Shown piece after piece: positions 11,135-23,559 of a stretch of DNA of 64,000 nt. The stretch lies in contig NC_057713.1 of NCBI RefSeq assembly GCF_004010195.1, positions 27,163,933-27,227,932 on the forward strand, read 5' to 3'. Within the stretch, counting starts at the first letter, position 1, and each line of letters begins with the position of its first letter. The position numbers and the translations under genes were made by a program. The notes beneath the pieces are model-generated. The model did no database searches, was not told the origin of the DNA, and saw only the letters and a list, made by a program, of their open reading frames with translations. This DNA is from Chiloscyllium plagiosum (lineage: Eukaryota).

Positions 11135-13625
11135 AAGTCCATGTAGATCACATCCACTGCTCTTCCCTCATCAATCTTCTTTGTTACTTCTTCAAAAAAC
11201 TCAGTCAAGTTTGTGAGACATGATCTCCCACGTGCAAAACCATGTTGACTATCCCGAATCAGCCCTTGCCTTTCCAAATACATGTACATCCTGTCCCTCA
11301 GGATTCCCTCCAACAACTTGCCCACCACCGAGGTCAGGCTCACTGGTCTATAGTTCCCTGGCTTGTCCTAACCACTCTTCTTAAACAGTGGCACCATGTT
11401 TGCCAACCTCCAGTCTTCCGGCACTTCACCTGTGACTATCGATGATACAAATATCTCAGCAAGGGGCCCAGCAATCACTTCTCTAGCTTCCCACAGAGTT
11501 CTCGGGTACACCTGATCAGGTCCTGGGGATTTATCCACCTTTAACCGTTTCAAGACATCCAGCACTTCCTCCTCTGTAATCTGGACATTTTGCAAGATGT
11601 CACCATCTATTTCCCTACAGTCTATATCTTCCATATCCTTTTCCACAGTAAATACTGATGCAAAATATTCATTTAGTATCTCCCCCATTTTCTATGGCTC
11701 CACACAAAGGCCGCCTTGCTGATCTTTGAGGGGCCCTATTCTCTCCCTAGTTACCCTTTGTCCTTAATATATTTGTAAAACCCCTTTGGATTCTCCTTAA
11801 TTCTATTTGCCAAAACTATCTCATGTCCCCATTTTGCCCTCCTGATTTCCCTCTTAAGTATACTCCTACTTTCTTTATACTCTTCTAAGGATTCACTCGA
11901 TCTATCCTGTCTGTACCTGATATATGCTTCCTTCTTTTTCTTAACCAAACCCTCAATTTCGTGAGTCAACCAGCCTTCCCTTTCACCCTGACAGGAATAT
12001 ACTTTCTCTGGATTTTTGTTATCTCATTTCTGAAGGCTTCCCATTTTCCAGCCGTCTCTTTAACTGCCAACATCTGCCTCCAATCAGCTTTTGAACGTTC
12101 TTGCCTAATTCCATCAAAATTGGCCTTTCTCCAATTTAGAACTTCAACTTTTAGATCTGGTCTATCCTTTTCCATCACTATTTTAAAACGAATAGAATTA
12201 TGGTCGCTGGCCCCAAAGTGCTCCCCCACTGACACCTCAGTCACATGCCCTGCTTTATTTCCCAAGAGTAGGTCAAGTATTGCACTTTCTCTAGTAGGTA
12301 CATCCACATACTGAATCAGAAAATTGTCTTGTACACTTTTCCCAAGTTCCTAGCAATGCAGTATATATTCCTTTCCATCTAAACTATATATTCCTTTCCA
12401 TCTAAACCCTTAACACTATGGCAGTCCCAGTCGATGTTTGGAAAGTTAAAATCCCCTACCATAATCACCATATTATTCTTACAGATAGCTGAGATCTCCT
12501 TACAAGTTTGTTTCTCAATTTCCCTCTGACTATTGGGGGGTCTATAATACAATCCCAATAAGGTGATCATCCCTTTCTTATTTCTCAGTTCCACCCAAAT
12601 AACTTCCCTCGATGTATTTCCAGGAATATCCTCCCTTAGCACAGCTGTAATGCTATCCCTTATCTAAAATGCCATTCCCCCTCCTCTCTTGCCTCCCTTT
12701 CTATCCTTTCTGTAGCATTTGTATCCTGGAACATTCAGCTGCCAGCCCTGCCCATCCCTGATCCATGTTTCTGTAATTGCTATGATATCCCAGTCCCATG
12801 TTCCTAACCATGCCCTGAGTTCATCTGCCTTCCCTGTTAGGCCCCTTGCATTGAAATAAATGCAGTTTAATTTATTAGTCCTACCTTGTCCCTGCCTGCC
12901 TTGACTGTTTGACTCACTTCTGTTCTCAGCTGTACCCGTCTCAGATCGATCTCTTTCCTCACTATCTCCCTTGGTCCCACCTCCTCCACCTTACTAGTTT
13001 AAATCCTCCCAAGCAGTTCTAACAAATTTCCCTGCCAGTATATTAGTCCCCTTCCAATTTAGGTGCAATCTGTCCTTCTTGTACAGGTCACTTCTACCCC
13101 AAAAGAGATTCCAATGATCCAAAAATGTGAATCCTTCTCCCATATACCAGCTCCTCAGCCATGCAAAATTTTTAACAATGCCTCTTATGCTCGCATCCAA
13201 ATCTATTATATAAATGACAAAAAGTAGAGAACCCAGCACCGATCCTTGTGGCACTCCACTGGTCACAGGCCTCCAGTCTTCTAGTATGCATCACTGCAAA
13301 GCAACTCTTCATCGTACCTGTCTGTTCTGAGTTGTCTCCCATCACATTATTATGGCCAGCTGTCCTCTGAAGTGCAGATGGCATGTGGGGACACAGCTTC
13401 TTGATTTTTTTTTTCTGTTTCATTTTTCTCTAAACTTAGTCTGTAAGGATTTCTGGGTCTTTGTTCCTGTCCTGGACAGGGTTTTGGTCCGTACACCCCA
13501 CAGATAGAGGAGGAACCCTTTGAGAACTGAACCTCTAAATTTTCTACTGCCCACTTTCAGGCTGCAACTGCATGAATTATGTTCTAAAGGTCTAGCCTCA
13601 ATGTGTTCTTTCTTTGTATGAGACC

Positions 13626-13636
13626 AAAGGGGGGAA
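13626..13636 (+). promoter_or_regulatory. ERV polypurine tract
   Basis: AAAGGGGGGAA lies immediately before the 3' LTR. Confidence 0.85.
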
Positions 13637-13637
13637 T

Positions 13638-14331
13638 AGATGGTAAATATATAGCTACACAATAATACATGTTGGCACGTTACATAAGTGTAAGGTCTAG
13701 GTTGTATGCTTGAGTCAGCCTTGCGTTACAAAAGGTGAAGAAAGATGACCATGGCTCAACGTGAAGGTCTGCAGCAATCCAAAAGACAAATGTGGCAGAA
13801 TCTGATTGGTTAAGGGGATATAATGTAGGCTTAGTGTGATTAGTTATTAGATTACTTACAGTGTGGAAACAGGCCCTTCGGCCCAACAATCCACACTGAC
13901 CCTCTGAAGAGCGACCCACCCAATCCCATTCCTCTGCATTTACCCCTTCACCTAACACTATGGGCAATTTAGCATGGCCAATTCACCTAACCTGCACATT
14001 TTTGGACTGTGGGAGGAAACCGGAGCATCAGGAGGAAACCCATGTAGACACAGGGAGAATGTGCAAACTCCACACAGACAGTTGCCTGAGGCAGGAATTG
14101 AACCCAGGTCTTTGGTGCTATGAGGCAGCAGTGCTAACCACTGTGCCACCGTAATAGGGATAAGGTATGGCTTTTAGAACAACATAACTTTAGAGTCCTC
14201 TTGCTGTTTGGGGGCTTTTCAGGGTTGACTCCTTTGATGGCCACAGCTTTTGTTTGCAAATAAAGGCTTATCATCTTGAGGAATTCTCTGCATTTCCTGG
14301 TCATCCCTAAAAGGTGCTATTAACCACAACA
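13638..14331 (+). repeat. ERV 3' LTR, interrupted by a SINE
   Basis: Matches 3034-3452 on both sides of the SINE and ends ...CCACAACA. Confidence 0.9.
13847..14152 (-). mobile_element. tRNA-derived V-SINE (HE1-like)
   Basis: A-box GGTGGCACAGTGGTTAGC, B-box GGTTCAATTCC, core TGTGTGGAGTTTGCACATTCTCCC and a TCTAA tail. Confidence 0.9.
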
Positions 14332-15050
14332 CTCTGCCTTCATAACTGCCTTAATTTGCCATAAAAATAGTAGTCTTGGACCCACGCCTCTCTTTCTCAA
14401 ACTGAAAGTTAAAATTACATCATTTTATGATTGTTACTATCGAGGAATAGCTTCACTGTAAGGTTATGAATCAGTCCTATCTTCTTGCACAATCCCTGTC
14501 CAGCCTGTTACCTGTGTGGTTATGCTGTTCAAATAAATAATCATAAAATGATTAGATTACTTACAGTGTAGAAACAGGCCCTTCAGCCAACAAGTCCACA
14601 CCGACCCTCTGAAGAGCAATCCACCCAGACCCATTCCCCTACATTTACCCCTTCACCTAACACTACGGGCAATTTAGCATGGCCAATTCACCTGACCTGC
14701 ACATCTTTCGACTGGGAGAATGTGCAAACTCCACACAGGCAGTTGCCCTCGTGGGATTTGAACCCAGGTCTGCATGGTCTTCGAATCTAGACTTTGCTAG
14801 TCTGATTTTCCCAGTCTATATGTAGATTAGAATATTTGATGATGATCACTGCGTCTTTCTGAAAAGCACCTATTGTTATTAATATCTTTGTACAACATGT
14901 TATAATATGGTCACTGTGAGGGATGCCTGATGACTACCCTCACAGATGACTTCTTCCCTTTATCATTTATGTGATTGCAAACTATTTCTACATCCTGGTG
15001 TCCTGACCTTAGACTGTTGTGCTAATACCATAATTAATTAACAGAGCACA
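14332..15050 (-). mobile_element. Old CR1 endonuclease-region remnant, probably the ERV's insertion target
   Basis: Degenerate similarity to the CR1 endonuclease region at 12100-12700. It appears to continue the sequence at ~2960-3033. Confidence 0.5.
14551..14770 (-). mobile_element. HE1-like SINE, internally deleted
   Basis: Same tail and core as 13847-14152. Confidence 0.88.
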
Positions 15051-15541
15051 TGATCTGGAGTGCAATGCTGCAAAAGCACTGGAAGTCAATTTAAATATCA
15101 CCTTTCAAGCAGGAACTGGATCAACACTTGGAAGGGAATAAATTGGTAGGGCTATGGTGAAAGATTGGGAGTAATGATGTCGTTCTTTTAGAGAGCTGGC
15201 ACAGACTCACAAGGCCTGATGGCTTACTCCTCCTTCTGCCTGATATGGTTATACAATGCATGATAATTGCACTATTACTGGGTGATATTGTCAGTTCTTT
15301 TCATTTGCAACATTACACCAGGCTGTTGAAAAAATGAGCACACATCCTCATTCATATATACACCACTGTCTGCATTGATTCTCTCTATTTGCAGTAAAGG
15401 ATAATTGTTTTTAAAATGACCCATTAAGACGTTTGCATATACTTGCATGTTAACTTGCCAACCATATGAAGCCTCATATACACCTTCATTATTTATTGAT
15501 ACATTCAGGTCTCGAGGTGAATTTGTGTTTATATAATCCAT

Positions 15542-15672
15542 TCACAGTGCATTTAATATGAGCTGGATAGTTGGGTGGCCTTCATTCCAAATAGTGCCAT
15601 GTCGCACTGACGGACTTCCTACAGCCATACCCGCATCATTTGTGTCAACATGATGCGAAACATTTTTGATAT
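15542..15672 (-). other. Candidate terminal coding exon or conserved non-coding element
   Basis: Acceptor TCTCTCCCATCTGCTCTTGACAG is followed by a phase-1 open frame ending ...HPTIQLILNAL-stop. The sequence is unique and retains CpGs. No protein recognised. Confidence 0.25.
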
Positions 15673-16864
15673 CTGTCAAGAGCAGATGGGAGAGATTAAA
15701 CAGCAGCTAGCAGCACTTTAAGAGAAGCTGTTGAAGCTAGCATGCTACCTCCAATTAATTAATAATCAAGTCAACTGATACAACTATGTGGAGCAGAAGC
15801 CAATGGTCCAGTCAAGAGGGGACAATGATATAAACAGTTACAGCAGTATTTCCTTCTAATCATTGAGCAACAAGACAGGAAATTGATCATTAAAAAAGCC
15901 TCAGTGATCAAGAGACTTTCACTTGACCCCCCCCCACACTCCCCAGTAACTTATTTCCATGTCATTTGTTCCTCCTTCAATTGCTTTCAAGACAGAAGAT
16001 ATACCTTCTTCTGGAAATGAAGTTGAGAACTGCATTGCTAGGAACTTGGGAAACAGACAGCATCTTTAATATTTATATATTTTAACTATATAATTCATTG
16101 ATCCATGGCATAGATAACTATAGGAGATGAAAACCTTCTTTTTGGCGAAGACCTGGGAAAGGGTTAGGAGAATTACATCTGATAAATAGTATGGAGAAAC
16201 GTGGGCTCAATTGTCATTTCTCAAACCAATTTTCTGCTTCTTTTATGAAAAAAAACTAATATGTAAAGATCATCCAATGATTTGGTATGCAATTGCTGCA
16301 CTCAATGTGATATTGAAGGCACAACTGGTAGGCATGTGTCTTGTGCTGCAGTGGAAGTGTCCTTCTGTCTCAGCTATGAGACCCGTATTCAGTTCCCACC
16401 TACCCTAAGGTTGTGCAATTCATCCCTATGCAGGTTGATCATGTTCATTCTCAGGAGCATGTGCAGAGTTGCCTGACCACAATTCATTCCAACTTCACAA
16501 CCCAATGATTTCAGCTAACTGCTATATAATCAGCATGCAGAGAAGAAGTCAGAATCTGTACTTCAATGTCCACTGAGTCAAGAACATTGTAGTGGTACCT
16601 ACCTCTGAGCCAGGAGATCCAGGTTCAAATCCAACCTGCTGCAGGCAGGGGGTAATCATCTATGAAAATGTTGAATAAAGTATCTACAGATTGAATCAGC
16701 TCAGATGCGAAGACTAGTTAGAGTACAACACAATCATTTAATGCCACCATAAGAACAAATATAGAAGAAAAATACATGGAACCTAATTTTGAAACTAAAT
16801 GAAGTTGCCAGACTTCATTCAAAGGAAGTAAGTCATTCTACTCATTCTACTCAATTATACTTTC

Positions 16865-17230
16865 ATGGGGCATATAATGTTGCTATCAGCATTTGTTGCC
16901 CACCCCCAGTTGCCTTTGAAGTGAATGGCTTAGCAGGTCTTTTCATAAGACAATTCAGTGTCAACTACGATATTGTGGGTCTGGAGTCGCGTTCAGGCCA
17001 GACCACATTAGGATGACAGATTTTCTTCTCTAAAAGACATTAGTGAACCAGATGTCTCTTTACATCAATTGGTGACACTGATCACAGTCAACGTTACTGA
17101 GGCCAGTTTCAAATTCCAGTTGAATTCAGCAAATTCAAGTACCACCAGCTGCCATGATTGACTCTGAACCATGTCCCCACAGACCTAGTCTAGTCCTCAT
17201 TTTACTCGTCGAATGACATTCCTGCTACAT
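16865..17230 (-). mobile_element. Old tRNA-derived SINE with a LINE-like 3' tail
   Basis: B-box-like GGTTCAGAGTC followed by CATGGCAGCTGGTGG and CATCTGGTTCACTAATGTC. The tail resembles the LINE 3' end at ~49940-49990. Confidence 0.6.
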
Positions 17231-17277
17231 TCCATAATCAATTCAGGATTTCTCTTTCGAATGTGTTTTGGTTTTAC

Positions 17278-17394
17278 CCCAAGTCCTGCAGTTCCTCTTA
17301 GTAAGCTCTAAAACAACGGCTCTGGTTTTCTGCGTTAATGTCTTGTCATGGTCTGTAGGGAATCTGTGGAGCCCCTGGATAAATGACATAACGG
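17278..17394 (-). other. Candidate 117-nt internal exon
   Basis: TTTTCAG acceptor, GG|GTAAAA donor and an open phase 1-1 frame (VMSFIQGLHRFPTD...KRNCRTW), compatible with 15542-15672. Confidence 0.22.
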
Positions 17395-18009
17395 CTGAAA
17401 ATGATAATTCGGGACCTTTCTCCAAGATTCTACCAAAGCTCCCATTTTTTTTTGTTCATCTGCTCCTAATGTAATCTCTTCCAAATATGTGATTGAAAAA
17501 TTGCTATGGTTAATTGTAATTAATGCAGCTAAGACTCTCGAGATTTCCAATTGTGAAGTAATGAAATGTCTTTAGAGAAGCCCAGAAAGACTAAAAGCTT
17601 TGTTATCTAAATCCTGCTGAATGATGATAACTGCACAATAAATATGTTCAGATAAGCATTGAGTATTTAATTATAGTTTCAATAAAAGACCAGACTCACT
17701 AAATATAATTAACATTTTAATCAGTAGTATTGCAAAAATCAGTGGTTTAAAGAATCCTCTTGTATAGATATGAATAGACAATAATGGTGAAATGGGAGAA
17801 ATTAAATCTAAATAACTCAGAGAGGCATGAATTCAAAAATTAGATCATTTTCTGAAAGAGTCTTTTCAACACAAATAAAGGCTCCTGTATCCAGATGTCA
17901 CGAGGGTATGGACTTCATTACCACAAAGGGCTGCAGAGGCTAAGTCATTACATATATTCGGGACTGAGACAGACAGATTTTCAAATCAGTACTGGAATCA
18001 TGGGTTGTC

Positions 18010-18203
18010 AATAAAATAAAACAAATAATTGTGATACTGGAAATCATAAACAAAAATAGAAAATGCAGTAAAAAGTCGACAGGCCTGGCAGCATCGGTGG
18101 AGAGAAAGTATGGTTAATGTTTCAGGTCCAGTAAGTGTTCTAAAGAAGCTGCCAGGCCTACTGAGTTTTTCCAGCAATTTCTATGTTTGTTTCTGATTTT
18201 CAG
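18010..18203. mobile_element. Decayed inverted Penelope terminal-repeat fragment
   Basis: Degenerate inverted copies of the 28560-28680 tail. Confidence 0.6.
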
Positions 18204-18566
18204 AGTTATTAATTCCCTAGATTAACCATGAGTAATAACATGGAAGATATCATTTTGGGTAGAAGCTACAACAAATGCTGAAACAATGCTCCAAGAATCG
18301 GGAAATCTTCTCCATATCCTTGCAGACTCCATTCACACTGCTGTTGGTTTGTCCATCATTGTAGATGCTGACAGTCTTTGATATCTCTCCATTTTAATGG
18401 AGGCTGTGAGTTATCTTATGACAGCAAAATCCAACTTCTGCAAGAAATGTTTCAAGGGCTCATCTCTTCTTAATTTCTTTCAAACTATTGACATGGCATT
18501 TTCATCACATCTTACCAATGCATTGTTAGATAGATTTCATAGGTTACCCACGACTGGAAAACTTGT

Positions 18567-18768
18567 GGATGTGCCGGTGTTGGACTGGCAAAGTTATAAG
18601 TCACACGAGACCAGTCCATTTGAAATCACAAGCTTTCGTAGTGCTGCCCTTTCATCAGGTGAAGCAATGTGCATGGTCTTCTCTGATGAAGGGGGTCAGT
18701 GCTCCAAAAGCATATGATTTCAAATAAACCTGTTGGACTATAACCCGGTGTCATGCGACTTCTGACTT
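18567..18768. mobile_element. Older copy of the 10911-11134 palindromic hammerhead family
   Basis: Shares GGTGTTGGACTGG, TTCATCAGGTGA, CTGATGAAGG and AAACCTGTTGGACTATAACC in the same inverted layout. Confidence 0.8.
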
Positions 18769-19763
18769 AATGGAAAAGGTGTAGAGGAGCCAATTTGCAT
18801 AAAAATTACACAGTCTTGTAGAAAGTAAAGTGTTTTGATAATAGGCAACTATACTTATACTATTAACTGTGATGGTAGTCTTTGAAAGGACAGAACTGAG
18901 AAAAGTTTCTGAAGACTGTTCAGGAGAATTGCCTTAATCAGTAATGTTTCTGGTACAAAGAGGAATTGTTGCATTCGGTTCTTGGGATCGCAATAGGTCA
19001 AGTGTCAGAGAACATTTAGAGTTCAATGCTCACAGCATCACTAAGTTTAAATTAACCATGGAAAAGGCAGAGATTAGAGAATAGCCAGTGTTGTTGTGAG
19101 AATAGATCTATCCAAGTAAAGTGAAATCAAAGATTGATTGATGATATTCTAACAAAATAAGAAGCTGCTTGAAATGTGAGATCGTTCAGGTACAGTCAAG
19201 ACAAATTCCCTCATTGAAAAAAAGAGAAAACTAAGCCAGGGATCATATGAAAAATGTTAGGTTAAGATTACAAGTAAGAACCAGGGTAATTGCAGAAGGT
19301 CGAGAGAAAAAGAGGAAAAAAAAAACAATATAATACATAAATAGTGAGGTGACTGGATCGAGTTATGTAAGATCCTGAATGATCTTGGTAAGGTTGCTGT
19401 GAATGTTTCAGCTTGTGGGTGAGTCAGGAACAGTGTTCAGAGCAGATATGAGGTGAATCATTTTCTTTCAGAGGTCTGTGTGATTTTGAAAACCTCCGCT
19501 TCAGAAGGAGGTGGAGGTGAGCTCATTGAATCTTGGGAAGGTGGAGGTACATAGCTTCTTGTTAAGCAAAGAAGTTAAAGGGCAGATCTTAATAGGAGTC
19601 TGAGCAAAGTAAGCAATAATGAAATGTGTTGCAGAATCAGGTGATGAGTGCATCTTTAGAATCATAGAATCCCTACAGTGCAGAAAGAGGCCACCTTGGC
19701 CCCTATGAAGACCATCCCAGACCTTATCCTCTACCCTATTCCCATAAATCTACATTTACCATG

Positions 19764-20034
19764 CCCAACAAGTCCACACCGACCCGCTGAAGCGCAACCC
19801 ACCCATACCCCTACATTTACCCCTTACCTAACACTACGGGCAATTTAGCATGGCCAATTCACCTGACCTGCACATCTTTGGACTGTGGGAGGAAACTGGA
19901 GCACCCGGAGGAAACCCACGCAGACACGGGGAGAATGTGCAAACTCCACACAGTCAGTCGCCTGAGGCAGTATTTGAATCCGGGTCTCTGACGCTGTGAG
20001 GCAGCAGTGCTAACCATTGTGCCACCGTGCCGCC
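19764..20034 (-). mobile_element. HE1-like SINE with a complete 5' end, abutting an older SINE tail at 19657-19763
   Basis: GGCGGCACGGTGGCACAATGGTTAGCACTGCTGCCTCACAGC head plus the V-SINE core. Confidence 0.92.
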
Positions 20035-22235
20035 TAATTATGTGCGAGAAATCTTGATATTTTGATGACTAGGCCAAATACCAGACTGTATGTTATTGGA
20101 GATTGGAGACACTGCAGTACTCTCCTCAGAAAAGAAAAGGTGCAAAGGAAATTTAAAACATACATTTGAAATCTTGACAGCTCTAGAGAGAGTCGAGAGA
20201 AAATGTCTTCATTGACACAGCTCAAAAATCAACTAATCAATTAAAAAAAGAAATAATGGTGTCATGAGGGAAAAGAAAACATTTTTCATATAGAGGGTGG
20301 TTAGAATCTGGAACGCAAAGCATGAGATGATGATGGAGGCAAATACAATCCAGGCTTTCAAAAGATTTTGGGATAAACATTTGAAGAGAGAAGATTTTGA
20401 GGGGAGCAGAAATACCTATATAACTCTTTCAAAGACCATAACCATGTCTGCAATTTTCTGATTGTACAGGTATATTATTTCCGTGGGTTATCTTGATACC
20501 ATGTTTACCTAGATTGATGTATTGACATCTTCAGAACCGATGACCATGAAAGCTTGAGCTCTTAATAGGGTTAGCTTCTTAGACTGAAAGTTGCTGAATA
20601 GAGTCTGCTTGAGAAAAAAGGAAAGTACTCCATCAGAAGACTTGACTGAACAATACTAATTCATTCTAGAGAATTGTGACAATTGGGCACTGATTCAAAT
20701 TAAAGTTAGAGCATTAGACAAAATGTATCAGGTTGTGGCCCAGGCGTTGGGAGAGGCTGATATACTCAAGTAAAAACTTTAGTGAAGGCATTAAAAGATA
20801 CAAAAAATAAATGAATTGCCATTGTTATGAAATAAGAAGATTTTGTGTTTTAAACTCTTATTTAGTTATTACATATTTGATTTACCAAGAGGGAAAACAA
20901 CACTTAAAAACTTTTCAGAAAATATTTTCTGCAATTTATGGGAACTCAATGACCAGATAATACAATTTCAGGATGATCTGTAACATATAAACCAAACATT
21001 TCCAAACCTTTTGATTAGATTCCAGACTGCAATTGAGTCTAAGTAATCCATTATTCCCAAAGTGAGTCATCCAAGCTCTTTGATTAGATTTGAAGCTAAG
21101 GTATCCATTATTCAAAGCATAAAGTCCCAAACTGAATGAATTACTGTTTTCTTTCTCTCCTGACTATGTAAAAAGAAAAAAACCCAGAATAAATTGGAAA
21201 TGATGGTACTGATAGGAACTGGAGAACCATGATTACAGCATGTAAATGCGTTCAGACCAATTCAGTCATTTTCCAAGATTTACTGCTTCCCTTCTTTTCA
21301 AGAGGTCATAAGGTAGACTGCTGTGAAAAGGACAAAAACATTTCTGATGAAATGTAACAAATTAAATTTAATGTGAAGAGATGGACGTTGGAAGGAAGAT
21401 TAAGGAGAAGTACAATAAACTAATGAAGGAACAAGGAAATCAGAGGTTGAAATATAGAATTCTATGAAGGTGCCAGGAAAGTTGATAAAACTGCTAAAAT
21501 AAGTGGGATTCTTCACTTGCTAAAAATAGGCAAAAGGAAGGATTTTAACATCCAAACACAGCTTTGATTGAGTCAGATAAAACATTAACATGTAAGTATT
21601 TAAAATTCACCTCAAGCTTCCCCCATCCCACCTTGTTCCTTCTTGACCCCTTACTGCAAAATAATTTATGACGGAAGGGTTTTAATGATGATGTATACCT
21701 CAGAATTCTTCTTTGCTCTAGTTTTAATGCTGGCTGAGTGGTGTTCCTGGAACTTGGGAAATCTAACCCATAAAAGGAACTGAATGGTGCAACATGGAAC
21801 ACTGAGGGAATTTTCCAAACTGTTTATGGACCATTGCCAACCCAATGACACCTCAGTGTTTCTGTGATCTATTTAGCTTCTGTGATCTTTTTCTCTCCTT
21901 CTCTCATTTCTTACCCCCAACATGGATTGTGTCTGCTTCCCTCATCATCCTGAAGCCTCAGCCAATGCCACTCCAATGCCTGATCTGGATAGCCATCCAT
22001 CAATGAGCTAACTAACCATTCATGGATTCCTTATCTCCTACTCCTTGCTAAAGCTTGACAAAGCCGAGGAAGATCCAATCATTCAGTGTTCTGAATACCA
22101 AAATGGTTCTATCTCTATTCAGCTCTCTCCCTACGTCCACTTTAATTTCAGGGCCATCGGACACAAAATCATGCAAGCTATGTTAAACCTTTGTAAGTCA
22201 CTGATTAGGCCTCAAATGGAGTATTGTGTGTAAAA

Positions 22236-22992
22236 ACGTGGTGCCACTGTTAAGAAGGGCAGTAAAGACAAGTCAGGAAACTATAGACCGGTGAGCCTGA
22301 CCTCGGTGGTGGGCAAGTTGTTGGAGGGAATCCTGAGGGACAGGATGTACATGTATTTCGAAAGGCAAGGACTGATTAGGGATAGTCAACATGGCTTTGT
22401 GTGTGGGAAATCATGTCTCACAACTTGATTGAGTTTTTTGAAGAAGTAACAAAGAAGATTGATGAGGGCAGAGCTGTAGATGTGATCTATATGGTGGAGG
22501 GTTGTTTTTCAGACTGGAGGCCTGTGACCAGTGGAGTGCCATAAGGATCGGTGCTGGGCCCTCTAATTTTTGTCATTTACATAAATAATTTGGATGCGAG
22601 CGTAAGAGGTATAGTTAGTAAGTTTGCAGATGACACCAAAATTGGAGGTGTAGTGGACAGCGAAGAGGGTTACCTCAGATTACAACAGGATCTGGACCAG
22701 ATGGGCCAATGGGCTGAGAAGTGGCAGATGGAGTTTAATTCAGATAAATGCGAGGTGCTGCATTTTGGGAAAGCAAATCTTAGCAGGATTCATACACTTA
22801 ATGGTCAGGTCCTAGGGAGTATTGGAGGCATTTGGATGGGCATATGAATAGGAAGGGTTTGGAGGGATATAGGCCTGGTGCTGGCAGTTGGGACTAGATT
22901 GGGTTGGGATATCTGATCGGCATGGGCGGGTTGGACTGAAGGGTCTGTTTCCATGCTGTACATCTCTCTGTCTCTATGACTCTATGACTCTA
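22236..22992 (+). mobile_element. CR1 3' fragment with internal deletions
   Basis: Closely similar to parts of 9913-11400 (SKFADDTKIGG). Ends in a (CTATGACT)n tail. Confidence 0.92.
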
Positions 22993-23559
22993 TATAGGCA
23001 CTATAATTTAGGGAGATGGTGTGAGGGACTTCAGTTAAATGGTGAAAATGGAGAAAAGATGCAGAGAAATGAAGAGAATATTTGTTTTGATTTGCTCGCT
23101 GATGAGGCTCGCATTTGTTGTCCATTCTTTATTGCTCTGGAGAAGGTGCTGGAGAGCTGTCTTCTTGAACCCCTACACTCCTTGGAGGCCTGTGAGAAAA
23201 GGACATCCATGATTTTGACCTGGTGACTGTGACGGAATAGTGATATAGTTCCAGCTCAGGATGTCGTATGAGTTGGACAATGGTGACCCTTCAGGGTGAC
23301 ACCTCGGAGGTCCATGCAGAAGAAATTAGAGGGAATGTAGATTGTTAAGGGGCAATAAATGTCAAAGGGAAATGATTGTATTCTTTCTTTCAGCAACTGT
23401 CACAGCCTAGCATTTGTGTGGCACAATCTTATTGCCACTTCTCAGCACAAGCTTAGATGTTGATTGTTAGTTTGCTGCACATACAAGATTGCCTTCAGTG
23501 ACTTATTGACAAGAACAGGCAAGTCTCTATATACATCAGCACTTTCCAAACTCTTGCTA

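Larger units (their letters stand above)
9913..13278 (-). mobile_element. CR1 LINE inserted in env (ORF1 end, endonuclease, RT, 3' tail), internally deleted and rearranged
   Basis: Minus-strand ORFs contain [59 protein letters not shown] and the ORF1 end DRLHLNWKG. The 3' tail is at ~9913. Confidence 0.95.
3034..14331 (+). mobile_element. Defective endogenous retrovirus (class I, gamma/epsilon-like fish type)
   Basis: Two similar LTRs, a candidate PBS after the 5' LTR and a purine tract before the 3' LTR. gag, integrase and env remnants lie in order. Candidate 4-bp target duplication CTCT at 3030-3033 and 14332-14335. Confidence 0.9.

Noticed and set aside
18228-18460. Additional minus-strand exon
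   Set aside because: Weak donor, and stops in all longer frames.
19990-20034. tRNA genes at SINE heads
   Set aside because: The A/B boxes run straight into the V-SINE core with no complete cloverleaf.
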